This document shows, one piece after another, positions 47,924-57,876 of a stretch of 64,000 bases of DNA. This DNA is from Bacteroidetes bacterium UBA2364 (GTDB taxonomy: Bacteria > Bacteroidota > Rhodothermia > Rhodothermales > UBA2364), in NCBI GenBank assembly GCA_002344075.1, contig DDTM01000058.1, forward strand, positions 21,874 to 85,873. Reading direction: 5' to 3'. Both the position numbers and the translations under genes were made by a program. How positions within the stretch are numbered: the first letter of the stretch is position 1; each line of letters starts with the position of its first letter. The notes under the pieces are model-generated. The model did not search any database and was not told where the DNA came from. It saw nothing but the letters and a program-made list of their open reading frames with translations.

Positions 47924-48084
47924 TGCTTTTCACCCATTCCAGCAGACAAGGATGGATAAGCCATAAAATGGTAAGATCAAACATGGTTCATGCCAGATTA
48001 TCAGAGTAGATTTGTGAATTATTAGTAAATATTAGGCGTTATTATTATGTTTTACTTGTTTATGATGTCTGCAAACTCATTGCT

Positions 48085-50421
48085 TTAATCTGCTCTTTTC
48101 TCAAACCATTCTTTGACGACGTCTTCAGCAGGCTTACCGTTTGGCGTAAAATCAGGGTCGTTTGGTCCGCCATAGTCCAAGAAAGACGGCCATTTCCACC
48201 AAAAATACCCACCAAGCCAAGGTTGTTTGTGGAGTGCGGTAAGCAACGCTTGATAGCTTCTGCGTTGGTGCTCTAGGTTCACCTTCTTGCCGTCGGCGTA
48301 TTCCCAAGGACGGATCCAAGGGGTGTCGGTGGCCGTAAAACCGACTTCTGTAAATACAATTTTTTTCCCAAACCGCTCGGATATGTTTTGGAAAAAAGGA
48401 TTCTCGGCCCTTGCGCCAGCCAAAAGTTCGGCATCACTGGGATCTGATTTTTGGGATAAGGTTTTGTAATTATTGATCCCAATAAAATCCAATTCATCCC
48501 AAAAAGGTTTGTGGTCAAAGCCACCATCCCAATTTGCGGCTACGGTCATTTTTCCGGAATAAAGGCTTCTGAGTTGTCGAAAGAGGGCTATCCAGCGGTG
48601 TTCGTGACCCTTGGTTGCCTTGCCAAATTCAGTGGCCACACACAATGCTGGAATTTGGTACATCTCGGCCAATAAAGCATAGTGGCGGATCCAATGCTCG
48701 TAGTGCTCAAAAAAGGCATCCCAATCTGCTTCTGACTGCATTTCAACCTCACCTGGCCACGATCGTGGAATCCAAACTTGTGGCTTCAATAAAACCGACA
48801 TGCCTAATTCGCGGGCATGGCTGGCCACGGTAATCACCGCCTCGTCGTTTTCCTCGTCTGCACTGCGTGAAAACCGGAACGGGGTAGGTTTCTTTGGGTC
48901 TCGCATGAAGGAGTAAGGGATGACGGCAATCGAATTTGAACCAATCTGGCGCAATGCAGCAATGGATTCCGTGGCTTGGCGCGAGATATAGCCATTATAG
49001 ATGCCATACCCTTCGTGGCCAAAATTAAAGCCTTGTAAAAATGGGCGTGGTTTTTCGTACTGAGACTTGATGGTTTGGGTAATTCGGTCAAATTCTGGGT
49101 TTTGTTGCTGGACAAAGGCCAGGAATCTGGGTGCTAATGCACGTTCTTCTGCCGGAGTAGGACGCCAATCTATATACCGAGATAGGAATGCCTCACGCCC
49201 CCATTCTTTCAAAAGGAAGGCCACCAGCACTCCGGTTGCAGGCGGGTAAATTAAGTCGGAGTCAGTGAGCAATACTTCATTGTTTACTAATTCTGAGATG
49301 GTTGGGAGGTAGCCGGACTGGGCGAGGCGGGCAGACCAATACGCATATCCATACCGATGCCAGTTTTTCGAAAAATACATGGCGAGCCCCAACTCCAGCG
49401 CCAACGTCTTTGGTTGGCCCAATTGATGACGAATGAGTTGTCGGCCATCAATTAATCCGTTATTGCAAATCAAAAAATCATCAGATACCGAAAAAACCTC
49501 AAAAGAAATACGATGGTCTTCTACGGGTGTTCGGCCCATCCGTTCGGGGCGGACAAAGCCATGTGTGGTACAATTCACCTCATTGGTGGCCAATCCCTTG
49601 TCTTCAAACGTTTTATAGAGGTAATACCGAAATTTGGGATGAGGCTTTATAGGACCGGTAAACGCCTCAATCTGCTGATAGGCGGTTTCGCGCTCTTCCG
49701 AAAGGGCTTTAAAGGGTTCAGGATCTCGTTGGTCTTGTGCCCCAAAAAATTGATAATGGGTGGTTTCTAAGGTGGGTTTTTCTTCAAAATATAGGTGCCG
49801 TATCAGTGCGGGATCTATCTCCCAGCGAGTTGCAGGAGTTTGGGAGAACATGCCGAAGAGGGATGCTTTATTGCCATGAAACACCTGAAAGTCTCCACGG
49901 ACTTCGATCGTTTTTCCTTGAAGTATGGCTTCATCCGTGTTTCCTGTAATAACATAAACCGGAATTTTAGGATTATATGGATTTGGGTATAAAAAATGCA
50001 AGCGGTCTTCGGCATGGGGAAAAACATCATCATGAATAAAAAATCGGCCTGCTTCAAATTTAAACGGGGTATGTGGTAAAACTTTTTGTAGCAATTTATT
50101 GGAATGCGGAGTACCGACAAGATACACCCTGCGTTTGGTCAAAGTGTCCCAATTTACTTCGGTGTCGGCTTTGATCTCAAAATCAAACCAAGGGGTATCG
50201 GCATCAATAGTGTCCACCATTTGTTTGTATCGGCTTGTAACGGCCGGGTTTCCGGTACCATATACCAAGACAGGTTTAGGCCCACCACGTTCGCGGCGCA
50301 GCAATTCACGACGGGTGGGCCAGTCTGGATGTCCGCTATTGGATGTGGATTTGGATACCCAAAACCAGATTATCAGTGTTAGGGGAATCAAAAGAAAAGC
50401 AAGGGTGTATAACCGATTCAT
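48085..50421 (-). CDS. Membrane-anchored protein: N-terminal domain of unknown function + C-terminal clan GH-A-like (TIM-barrel) glycoside hydrolase domain
   Basis: N-terminal anchor LYTLAFLLIPLTLIIWFWV. The C-terminal about 330 aa contain GFNFGHEGYG, LLKPQVWI, CVATEFGKA, IVFTEVGF and GGYFWWKW, resembling retaining TIM-barrel hydrolases. Confidence 0.45.
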   Translation of the reverse strand: MNRLYTLAFLLIPLTLIIWFWVSKSTSNSGHPDWPTRRELLRRERGGPKPVLVYGTGNPAVTSRYKQMVDTIDADTPWFDFEIKADTEVNWDTLTKRRVYLVGTPHSNKLLQKVLPHTPFKFEAGRFFIHDDVFPHAEDRLHFLYPNPYNPKIPVYVITGNTDEAILQGKTIEVRGDFQVFHGNKASLFGMFSQTPATRWEIDPALIRHLYFEEKPTLETTHYQFFGAQDQRDPEPFKALSEERETAYQQIEAFTGPIKPHPKFRYYLYKTFEDKGLATNEVNCTTHGFVRPERMGRTPVEDHRISFEVFSVSDDFLICNNGLIDGRQLIRHQLGQPKTLALELGLAMYFSKNWHRYGYAYWSARLAQSGYLPTISELVNNEVLLTDSDLIYPPATGVLVAFLLKEWGREAFLSRYIDWRPTPAEERALAPRFLAFVQQQNPEFDRITQTIKSQYEKPRPFLQGFNFGHEGYGIYNGYISRQATESIAALRQIGSNSIAVIPYSFMRDPKKPTPFRFSRSADEENDEAVITVASHARELGMSVLLKPQVWIPRSWPGEVEMQSEADWDAFFEHYEHWIRHYALLAEMYQIPALCVATEFGKATKGHEHRWIALFRQLRSLYSGKMTVAANWDGGFDHKPFWDELDFIGINNYKTLSQKSDPSDAELLAGARAENPFFQNISERFGKKIVFTEVGFTATDTPWIRPWEYADGKKVNLEHQRRSYQALLTALHKQPWLGGYFWWKWPSFLDYGGPNDPDFTPNGKPAEDVVKEWFEKRAD

Positions 50422-50547
50422 TGTGGACTGTTTTAAAACTTAACGGATATAAATACATTACCCACATTCAGGTGCGACACCATCTTCTATCTGTATTGAT
50501 TTATGGGACACTCCAAATGGTACTACCTTAATAAAGATAACAACATC

Positions 50548-51894
50548 ATGAAAAAAAACATTCACCTTTTTTGGTTGCTTGCATCTGCAATTATTGGTTG
50601 TGATCAAAAGAATAATGATGAATTTGATGATTCTTCTAGTTGGAGGTCTATACAAACCCGAATTTTAACACCTAAATGTGCCAATTGTCATGTTGCTGGA
50701 TCTAGTTTTGCAGAACAATCGGGTTTGATCTTGACGGAAGACGTGGGGTATGCAGAAACGGTAAGCCAAAACGTTAAAAATGCCGCTGCTCAAAAAGACG
50801 GATTAGAAATGGTGGGTACACAGGGTTTACCTAGTGTCTATAAAAGTTTCTTTTGGGAGAAAATTAATTATCCTGACGAAGACCATTTTTACAATGACCA
50901 CCCCAATTATGGCAGTTTGATGCCCCTCGGCGGGGATCCGTTAACCAATGGGGAATTGGAGTTTATCCGGCAATGGATTGTAGCTGGCGCACCGAAAGAT
51001 GGTAAAGTAGTAGATTTAAAGGTTTTGGAAGACACCCGGAGGTATCAGAGGCCCGCTTTCCGGCCTTTAGAGAAACCAACACAAGGTTATCAACTAAAAT
51101 TGGGCCCTTTTGAGGTTGCCCCCAACTTTAATCGCGAGTTTTTTGTGTATCAACAGGTAGGAAATCCGACCGATGTTTATGTGAAACGAGTGGAAATTGA
51201 GATGCGTTCGGGTAGTCATCATTTCCTCATTTATAATTTCAGAGCGAATACGCCCGCTTCAGTTATGCCCAAAGAGGGATTGGTTCGGGATATTTGGGAT
51301 GCAAATGGTGGATTCTTAATGCAGAATGCCATTGCCATGCAATACCACACCTTTTTTGGAGGGACCCAATGGCCGAGACTCAATTATACTTTTCCAGAAG
51401 GTGTGGCTTTAAAAATGCCCGCAAACAGTGGTTTCGACCTCAATTCGCATTATGTAAACCGGTCGAAGGAAAAGATTATAGGCGAGGTCTATGCCAACTT
51501 ACATACCGTAGATAAATCACAAGTAAAATATGAAGCAGGAATATTAGATTTAAACAATACCAATATCTTCTTGCCACCTAACCAAAAAACGACCTTACAA
51601 AAAAGTTTCACCTTCAATAAGCAAACCCGTATCGCCATGCTTTTTAGTCATGCGCACCAATTGATGTCGGAGTTTAAGGTTTTTGTTGAAGGCGGCGCCA
51701 ATAATGGAAAGATGATTTATTACGCCGACGATTGGGAGCACCCGCCTATCTTGTCCTTCAATGATCCGTTGATTTTAGAAGCGGGTACGAAATTAAGGTT
51801 GGAAGCCACGTACAACAATAATACGAACCAAGCCGTTTCTTTTGGTCTGACCGCCGATGACGAGATGATGATTTTGTTTGGGTATTATTATTAA
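50548..51894 (+). CDS. Lipoprotein with an N-terminal CxxCH (c-type-cytochrome-like) domain and a His-rich beta-sandwich-like C-terminal domain
   Basis: I moved the start to ATG 50548 (MKKNIHLFWLLASAIIGCDQ, lipobox). ILTPKCANCHVAGS...SLMPLGGDPLTNGELEFIRQWIVAGAP resembles PSCyt-type cytochrome c domains. Later motifs are SGSHHFLIYNF, NSHYVN and FSHAHQLM. Confidence 0.45.
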   Translation: MKKNIHLFWLLASAIIGCDQKNNDEFDDSSSWRSIQTRILTPKCANCHVAGSSFAEQSGLILTEDVGYAETVSQNVKNAAAQKDGLEMVGTQGLPSVYKSFFWEKINYPDEDHFYNDHPNYGSLMPLGGDPLTNGELEFIRQWIVAGAPKDGKVVDLKVLEDTRRYQRPAFRPLEKPTQGYQLKLGPFEVAPNFNREFFVYQQVGNPTDVYVKRVEIEMRSGSHHFLIYNFRANTPASVMPKEGLVRDIWDANGGFLMQNAIAMQYHTFFGGTQWPRLNYTFPEGVALKMPANSGFDLNSHYVNRSKEKIIGEVYANLHTVDKSQVKYEAGILDLNNTNIFLPPNQKTTLQKSFTFNKQTRIAMLFSHAHQLMSEFKVFVEGGANNGKMIYYADDWEHPPILSFNDPLILEAGTKLRLEATYNNNTNQAVSFGLTADDEMMILFGYYY

Positions 51895-51918
51895 GTAAAA
51901 CAAATTGTATATCTAAGA

Positions 51919-54852
51919 ATGAAAATAACTGCCTCCCTAATTGGAATCCTTATATGCCTCACAACGATACTTTGGGCACAAGATGCCAAAGAATTTAGCG
52001 GAAGTGGGCGATATGACACCGTCACGGGACTGCCACGCGCCATTTATACCGAACACTTCAAGACAAAGTCATGGGATCCGGAAACGCAAGCTCGCGAATA
52101 TCTGATGCATCATGCCTTGCGCTTGTTTGGGACAAGGACATTGACAGGAGATGCCCTTAGGTACGTAGGCAGAACTGAACTACCTTTTGGAAAGGTGGTG
52201 CGTTTTCAGCAGGTATTTCAAGGATTACCGGTTGAAAGGAGTGAAGTTGCGGTTACGATTGGTCGCACGGGAGAAGTCATTTTTGTCACCTCATCATTTC
52301 ATCCGATGCAGGGTATAGACAACACCGCAACAAGATCCACAAAAAAACTGTTTCGGGAAGAAGCATTGGCCCGAAGAGCGATTTTTCGGGATGAAACCGA
52401 GGTGATATCGGGTTTTCCGGATCGTCCTACATCCGTTTGGACACAGAATGAAGCAGGGCAATGGGTGGAAGCGCGTCGGGTAGAAGTGTATCATCCCGAG
52501 CACCAACATTACTGGGCTGTTTGGTTGGATACACATTCTGGAAGCGTAATTCGTAAAGAATCACTTGCCATAAAATGTAAACATACGCATGAACCAATTT
52601 TAGAAGAAAATCCAAGTAAAACAGAATTTCTCACCCCTTTTGAACCGTTGTCTTCAGCCTCTTTTTTTCCCGGCCAGAAAAACACAATTGCCGAAGGCGT
52701 TGGGAAGATTTTTGATCCGGATCCATTGACCTCGGCCAAGAAAGAATATGGCGCTACGGGTCTCCTTGATAATAGCGATGCGGATTCTCCGGAGTTAAGT
52801 GCACAGCTCAAAGAGGTGGTTTTAAAAGATCTTTCTCAGGAAAATGGACAATTTTATCTACGGGGTAAATATGCATGGATTGCCGATACAGGCGCTCCTT
52901 TTAAAGGCTTGTTTGAACAAATTGGTACTGATTTTTCTGCCACTCGCTCAAATGATTTGTTCGAGGCTGTCAATGCGTATTACCATATAGACCTAAACCT
53001 GCGTTATGTGGCCGAAACCTTGGGCTTTTCTATCCCAAACAGGCATACCCAAAATACAACTGCGCAATGGTTCGACCCCAGTGCCCTCAATGGTGCGGAC
53101 AATTCACAGTACGACCCTTCAACCGGATATCTTGTTTTTGGTGAAGGCGGGGTTGATGATGCTGAGGATGCTGGCGTGATTTGGCATGAAGCCGCACATG
53201 CCTTACACGATCGGATGACCTTGGGCAGTATCTCCAATGCTACAAACGACGGGCTTGCCGAAGGTTTTGCGGATTATTGGGCACAATCTTACCTCTGGAC
53301 CGTTCAGCAGTGGAACTCTACCGATGCTCCCTATCATTACGTTTTTCGGTGGGATGGGCACAATCCGTTCTGGGGGGGGCGTACCACCAAATACCCCAAT
53401 AAATTTCCGGATGGAATTGTAACGTCGGGTGGATCGCTTCGCGAACGAAATGGGCAAATTTTGGCATCCACTTTAATGGAAATCTGGCCTATATTAGGTA
53501 GAACCATGACCGATCGGGCGGCGCTTTCAGCGGTCGGTATGACGAATGCTGAATCCAATCAAAATGACTATTTTAATGCGTTTTATCAGACGCTTCGACA
53601 GTTGGGTGCGCCCACCGGACAAGTGGAACAGGTGTATCAGATCATCACACTACGGGGTTATACCTTACCAGCAAAAGGGTTGAGTATTGGCCTTGAATCC
53701 GATCTCCCTCAGCTAACAATGGAGTCGGATGCAACGCTTCGGGTGGAGATCAATAACAACAGTGCCTTCGACAAAACCGATGTATCCGTAACAGCACAAT
53801 TACCTGCTGGGATGGTTTATCAACCGAATAGTGCAACCTGTCCAGTGAATCTAAATAATAGTAGTCTGGTCTTTTCCATTGGGAATTTACCTGCTTTTGG
53901 GTTTAAAACCTGTACCTTTATCGTTAGATTGTCTCACCTGACGGGTAAAAAATACTTTAGCGACGATTTTGAACAGGGGCTAAGTCAATGGGTAGCTCCG
54001 AAAGATGCTCAAAATTTTGCATGGACCTCCAGTATGATGCAGCCTCATCAGGGAAAAACGAGTGCGTTTGTACAAAACCAAGGCCTGCCCTCGGACCTAA
54101 CCTTGACGCTTGCAAAAGCCGTATCATTGCAAGCCGGAACACCTGTACTTAGTTTTTGGCATTTTTATAATACCGAATTCTTTAGTGATGGTGGTGTGGT
54201 AGAAATATCAACGGATGCGGGAAGTACTTGGCAGGATTTGGAGACAAAGTGGATTATGAATGCGTATAATGGTAGAATTTCCTCGACCTTTTCCACGCCA
54301 TTAACCTCGCGTAAAGCGTTTACGGGTTCTTCTCAAAAGTATATCAATAGCATTGCAGACCTGAGCGCTTTTGTCAATCAATCGGTTTTGGTGCGCTTTA
54401 GGTTTGCCAGTGATGCGGTAACCAATGGAACGGGCTGGTTTGTGGATGATGTCTTGGTTGCTGACCAGACCTCCCTCGATTCGGAAGTTTGTATGACTTC
54501 CGGAGAAGGGGATCAGCATTGCACAAAGGAGCGGTTTATGGTTTTGTTTAGTACACCCGTAGAATCTGAAAAGCCTGTTTTACCCATCACACACGAAATA
54601 GAAGGAATTTGGCCGAATCCATTTGCTGGTGAGGCAACGCTGCGGCTGCGGGTGGCCAAACCGCAAGGTGTCAGGATAGCCATTCACGATCTTTTGGGGC
54701 GTAAAGTAGGTGAAGTGTTTGATGGTGTGTTGGCCGCTGGCGAATGGCGTACTTTTACATTAGACGGAATCCATTTGCCAAACGGTGTTTACTTTTGCCG
54801 CATAGCAGGTGAGACATTTTCTGAGGTACAAAAAATAATCCTTCTACGATAG
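51919..54852 (+). CDS. Secreted zinc metalloprotease (HExxH) with lectin/MAM-like domain and T9SS C-terminal sorting domain
   Basis: Signal peptide. VIWHEAAHALHD zinc motif. Concanavalin/MAM-like region (FSDDFEQGLSQWV...GWFVDDVLV). The C-terminal about 80 aa (IWPNPFAGEATLRLRV...GVYFCRIAGETFSEVQKIILLR) are typical of Por-secretion tails. Confidence 0.7.
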   Translation: MKITASLIGILICLTTILWAQDAKEFSGSGRYDTVTGLPRAIYTEHFKTKSWDPETQAREYLMHHALRLFGTRTLTGDALRYVGRTELPFGKVVRFQQVFQGLPVERSEVAVTIGRTGEVIFVTSSFHPMQGIDNTATRSTKKLFREEALARRAIFRDETEVISGFPDRPTSVWTQNEAGQWVEARRVEVYHPEHQHYWAVWLDTHSGSVIRKESLAIKCKHTHEPILEENPSKTEFLTPFEPLSSASFFPGQKNTIAEGVGKIFDPDPLTSAKKEYGATGLLDNSDADSPELSAQLKEVVLKDLSQENGQFYLRGKYAWIADTGAPFKGLFEQIGTDFSATRSNDLFEAVNAYYHIDLNLRYVAETLGFSIPNRHTQNTTAQWFDPSALNGADNSQYDPSTGYLVFGEGGVDDAEDAGVIWHEAAHALHDRMTLGSISNATNDGLAEGFADYWAQSYLWTVQQWNSTDAPYHYVFRWDGHNPFWGGRTTKYPNKFPDGIVTSGGSLRERNGQILASTLMEIWPILGRTMTDRAALSAVGMTNAESNQNDYFNAFYQTLRQLGAPTGQVEQVYQIITLRGYTLPAKGLSIGLESDLPQLTMESDATLRVEINNNSAFDKTDVSVTAQLPAGMVYQPNSATCPVNLNNSSLVFSIGNLPAFGFKTCTFIVRLSHLTGKKYFSDDFEQGLSQWVAPKDAQNFAWTSSMMQPHQGKTSAFVQNQGLPSDLTLTLAKAVSLQAGTPVLSFWHFYNTEFFSDGGVVEISTDAGSTWQDLETKWIMNAYNGRISSTFSTPLTSRKAFTGSSQKYINSIADLSAFVNQSVLVRFRFASDAVTNGTGWFVDDVLVADQTSLDSEVCMTSGEGDQHCTKERFMVLFSTPVESEKPVLPITHEIEGIWPNPFAGEATLRLRVAKPQGVRIAIHDLLGRKVGEVFDGVLAAGEWRTFTLDGIHLPNGVYFCRIAGETFSEVQKIILLR

Positions 54853-54882
54853 CACATTTGCTCTTCATCTTCTCTACAACAC

Positions 54883-54917
54883 AACCGGAAGGGCTTTTGG
54901 TATCTTCCGGTTTATTT
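54883..54917 (+). terminator. Probable intrinsic terminator after the metalloprotease gene
   Basis: A perfect 9-bp stem, AACCGGAAG paired with CTTCCGGTT, with a 12-nt loop, followed by TATTTG (a weak U-tract). Confidence 0.5.
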
Positions 54918-54935
54918 GTCTGTCCCCTGTAACCT

Positions 54936-56939
54936 ATGATAAGAGATCCTTATAAGCACTTGCCGAAAGACATTCGTAAAACCTCGGCACTTATGATGTA
55001 CCGTCAATTGGTCACCCCACGCCTCATCGAAGAGAAAATGCTTCGCCTGATCCGTCAGGGCCGTTTAGCCAAGTGGTTTAGCGGATATGGTCAGGAAGCC
55101 ATTGCGGTCGGTTGTACTATCGCCTTGGAGGATGAGGATATTATCCTCCCCATGCACCGTAACTTAGGTGTTTTCACGACACGCGGCATTGCTCTTAAAC
55201 CCTTGTTTTCCCAATTGATGGGTAAGGAAGGTGGCTTCACAAAAGGACGTGACCGGACCTTTCACTTTGGGAAAATGGATCATCGGATAGTGGGCATGAT
55301 CTCGCACTTGGCAGCGATGTTGCCCGTTGCGTGTGGTTTTGGCTTGGCCTCCCAATTGGAGAAATCACATAAGGTGGCATTGGCTTTTGTAGGCGAAGGA
55401 GCTACTCGTGAAGGTGACTTTCACGAAGCCCTAAGCTTGGCCGCTGCTTGGAAATTGCCCGTTATTTTTGTGATCGAAAACAATGGCTACGGTCTTTCTA
55501 CACCCACCAAAGACGTTATTCCCGTAGAAAACTTGGCCGATGCTGCCGCTGGTTATGGAATGCCTGGCCTTGCGGTGGATGGAAATGACCTGCTGGCGGT
55601 TATCAGGGCCGTGCAGAAAGCAGCAAAAGAAGCACGAGAGGGCAACGGACCCACTCTATTGGAAATGAAAACCTTTCGGATGCGGGGCCACGAAGAAGCT
55701 TCAGGGGTGAAATATGTACCAGCCCACTTGTTTGAAGAATGGGCCGGTAAAGACCCCATTCAACGCTTCAAAACGTGGATTTTGGGTATTAAAGGCGTTT
55801 CGGAAAACGATATAGAATCAATTGACCAAGAACTGATTGCCGAAATTGAAACCGCTGTTCAATTTGCCTTAAGCCAACCAGAAGTTACAAGTACTTTAGA
55901 TAAAGAATTGGCTGATGTGTATGCGCCGGCACTCGTGCGAGAAGAACCTGTCCTGATGCCCAATGCACCCGAAAAGCGCTTTATTGATGGTGTAACAGAT
56001 GCACTACGACTTGCCATGCAGAAGGATGAAAAAGTACTTTTGATGGGACAAGACATTGCAGCGTATGGTGGTGTCTTCAAGGTGACAGATGGGTTTCTGG
56101 AGGCTTTTGGGGCAGAACGGATCCGTAATACGCCTATTATGGAAAGTGGCGTGGTCGGGGCCGCTCTGGGGTTAGCGTTAGAGGGTTTTAAACCTGTGGT
56201 CGAGCTACAGTATGCAGATTTTATTACATGTGGTTTTAATCAGATTGTAAATAACCTCGCAACCACCCATTATCGCTGGGGAGCACCTGTAAATGTGACT
56301 ATTCGTGCCCCATTTGGCGGGTATATCGGTGCTGGCCCATTTCATAGCCAATCACCTGAAGCGTGGTTTTGTCATGCCCCCGGCCTAAAAGTTGTGGTTC
56401 CGGCATCGCCCGCAGAGGCAAAAGGCTTGTTAATGGCGGCCATCGAAGAACCCAACCCGGTATTGGTTTTTGAGCATAAGTTTTTGTATCGAAATCAAAA
56501 AGGAATGCTCCCAGAAGGCGAATATTATACACCAATTGGCAAAGCACGTATAGTGTATTCTGGGGATGCCATTACGCTGGTTACTTGGGGACTGGGTGTA
56601 CGTTGGGGCATGGAGGAGTGGGAGTATTGGCAAAAACAAGGGGTGAAATTAGAAATCATAGACCTTAGAACCCTTGTTCCTTGGGATCGGGAAACGGTTT
56701 TACATTCCATCCAAAAAACCAATCGGTTGTTGGTTTTGCACGAGGCCCAAGGTGCTGGCGGATTTGGTGCAGAAGTGACTGCTGCCGTCATCGAGGTTGC
56801 TTTCGCCCATTTAGATGCCCCGCCTAAACGGGTGGCTGGTGCAAACTTCCCAATTGCATTTTCCACCCAAATTGAACAAGAGGTGTATGCTGCCAAAGCG
56901 CGTCTTCGAAATGCCATTAACGAATTGTTACAGTATTAG
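54936..56939 (+). CDS. 2-oxo(iso)valerate / branched-chain alpha-keto acid dehydrogenase E1 component, fused alpha and beta subunits
   Basis: Alpha part: the TPP-binding region GEGATREGDFHEALSLAAAWKLPVIFVIENNGYG. Beta part: LLMGQDIAAYGGVFKVT and YADFI. 667 aa in one frame. Confidence 0.85.
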   Translation: MIRDPYKHLPKDIRKTSALMMYRQLVTPRLIEEKMLRLIRQGRLAKWFSGYGQEAIAVGCTIALEDEDIILPMHRNLGVFTTRGIALKPLFSQLMGKEGGFTKGRDRTFHFGKMDHRIVGMISHLAAMLPVACGFGLASQLEKSHKVALAFVGEGATREGDFHEALSLAAAWKLPVIFVIENNGYGLSTPTKDVIPVENLADAAAGYGMPGLAVDGNDLLAVIRAVQKAAKEAREGNGPTLLEMKTFRMRGHEEASGVKYVPAHLFEEWAGKDPIQRFKTWILGIKGVSENDIESIDQELIAEIETAVQFALSQPEVTSTLDKELADVYAPALVREEPVLMPNAPEKRFIDGVTDALRLAMQKDEKVLLMGQDIAAYGGVFKVTDGFLEAFGAERIRNTPIMESGVVGAALGLALEGFKPVVELQYADFITCGFNQIVNNLATTHYRWGAPVNVTIRAPFGGYIGAGPFHSQSPEAWFCHAPGLKVVVPASPAEAKGLLMAAIEEPNPVLVFEHKFLYRNQKGMLPEGEYYTPIGKARIVYSGDAITLVTWGLGVRWGMEEWEYWQKQGVKLEIIDLRTLVPWDRETVLHSIQKTNRLLVLHEAQGAGGFGAEVTAAVIEVAFAHLDAPPKRVAGANFPIAFSTQIEQEVYAAKARLRNAINELLQY

Positions 56940-56950
56940 GGCAAGAGGGT

Positions 56951-57754
56951 ATGTTTCGCTTAAACCAAATCGTAGTCGCCAGAACCGCTTTTGTTCCGAT
57001 TCGTCAGTTCGGCGGCGATCACGCGGAAATGGTCAATCAAATGCTGCTGGGTGAAACCGCCCGTGTCTTGGCAGTGCGCGATTCGATGTGGCTGGAGGTG
57101 GAAACCCACACCGATCGTTATAAGGGTTTTGTAAGTGTGCTAATGGTTTTACCGGCTCCTGAAAAATGGCCCATCACAACCAATAACCGCATTCAAAACC
57201 GATTTGTGGATGGCACCGCTGAAGGCCGTGAGGTGCGTGTTCCGATGGCGGGGGTCCTGGTGCAAGAGGGGAACGATTGGTTTCTACCAGATGGGCGACG
57301 GTTTATACCGAACCAAGAACCCAAAATGGCCTCTAACCCCATGTACTTTGTTGAAAGTGTCATACAACAAGCCGAAAAACTTTTGGATGTTCCTTACCTG
57401 TGGGGAGGAAGAAGTGTTTATGGGGTGGATTGCTCTGGCTTAACTCATACGGCGGCTTTGCTTAGCGGCTTGCCTTTACCACGAGATTCTTACATGCAAG
57501 CACGATTTGGGGCAGCGATTCCGCCGGAAATCGGGATGTTGGAACGAGGCGATTGGCTCTTCTTTAGCAACAATCCAGAAGGACGCATTACCCATGTTGC
57601 ACTGTACGAAGGGGAGGGTATGTTTATCCATGCTTCTGGATTTGTAAGAAAGAATAGTCTAATACCGGGAACGTCCCTTTTCTCGGAACGACAAAAAGAA
57701 CAATTTGTCTTCGCCAGAAGGATACGCCCCAAATCATCAAACCCGTCTTCATGA
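56951..57754 (+). CDS. NlpC/P60 (C40) peptidoglycan peptidase with N-terminal SH3-like domain
   Basis: YLWGGRSVYGVDCSGLTH (catalytic Cys) and ITHVALYEGEGMFIHAS (His). Confidence 0.8.
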   Translation: MFRLNQIVVARTAFVPIRQFGGDHAEMVNQMLLGETARVLAVRDSMWLEVETHTDRYKGFVSVLMVLPAPEKWPITTNNRIQNRFVDGTAEGREVRVPMAGVLVQEGNDWFLPDGRRFIPNQEPKMASNPMYFVESVIQQAEKLLDVPYLWGGRSVYGVDCSGLTHTAALLSGLPLPRDSYMQARFGAAIPPEIGMLERGDWLFFSNNPEGRITHVALYEGEGMFIHASGFVRKNSLIPGTSLFSERQKEQFVFARRIRPKSSNPSS

Positions 57755-57876
57755 CGTATTTTAACAATCAAGACATCAAAAAGACAAAAAAGGGGAACGA
57801 TTTATGGATTTTTAGGTGCTTGCTTTCAAAATACCCTAACTTCACATAAGCATACCCCTATAACAAACATAGACCC

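Noticed and set aside
56951-57754. NlpC/P60 peptidase, considered as a T6SS effector.
   Set aside because: It lies 24 kb from the operon, is separated from it by many housekeeping genes, and has no adjacent immunity-like or VgrG/PAAR gene. It has the typical SH3+C40 housekeeping architecture.
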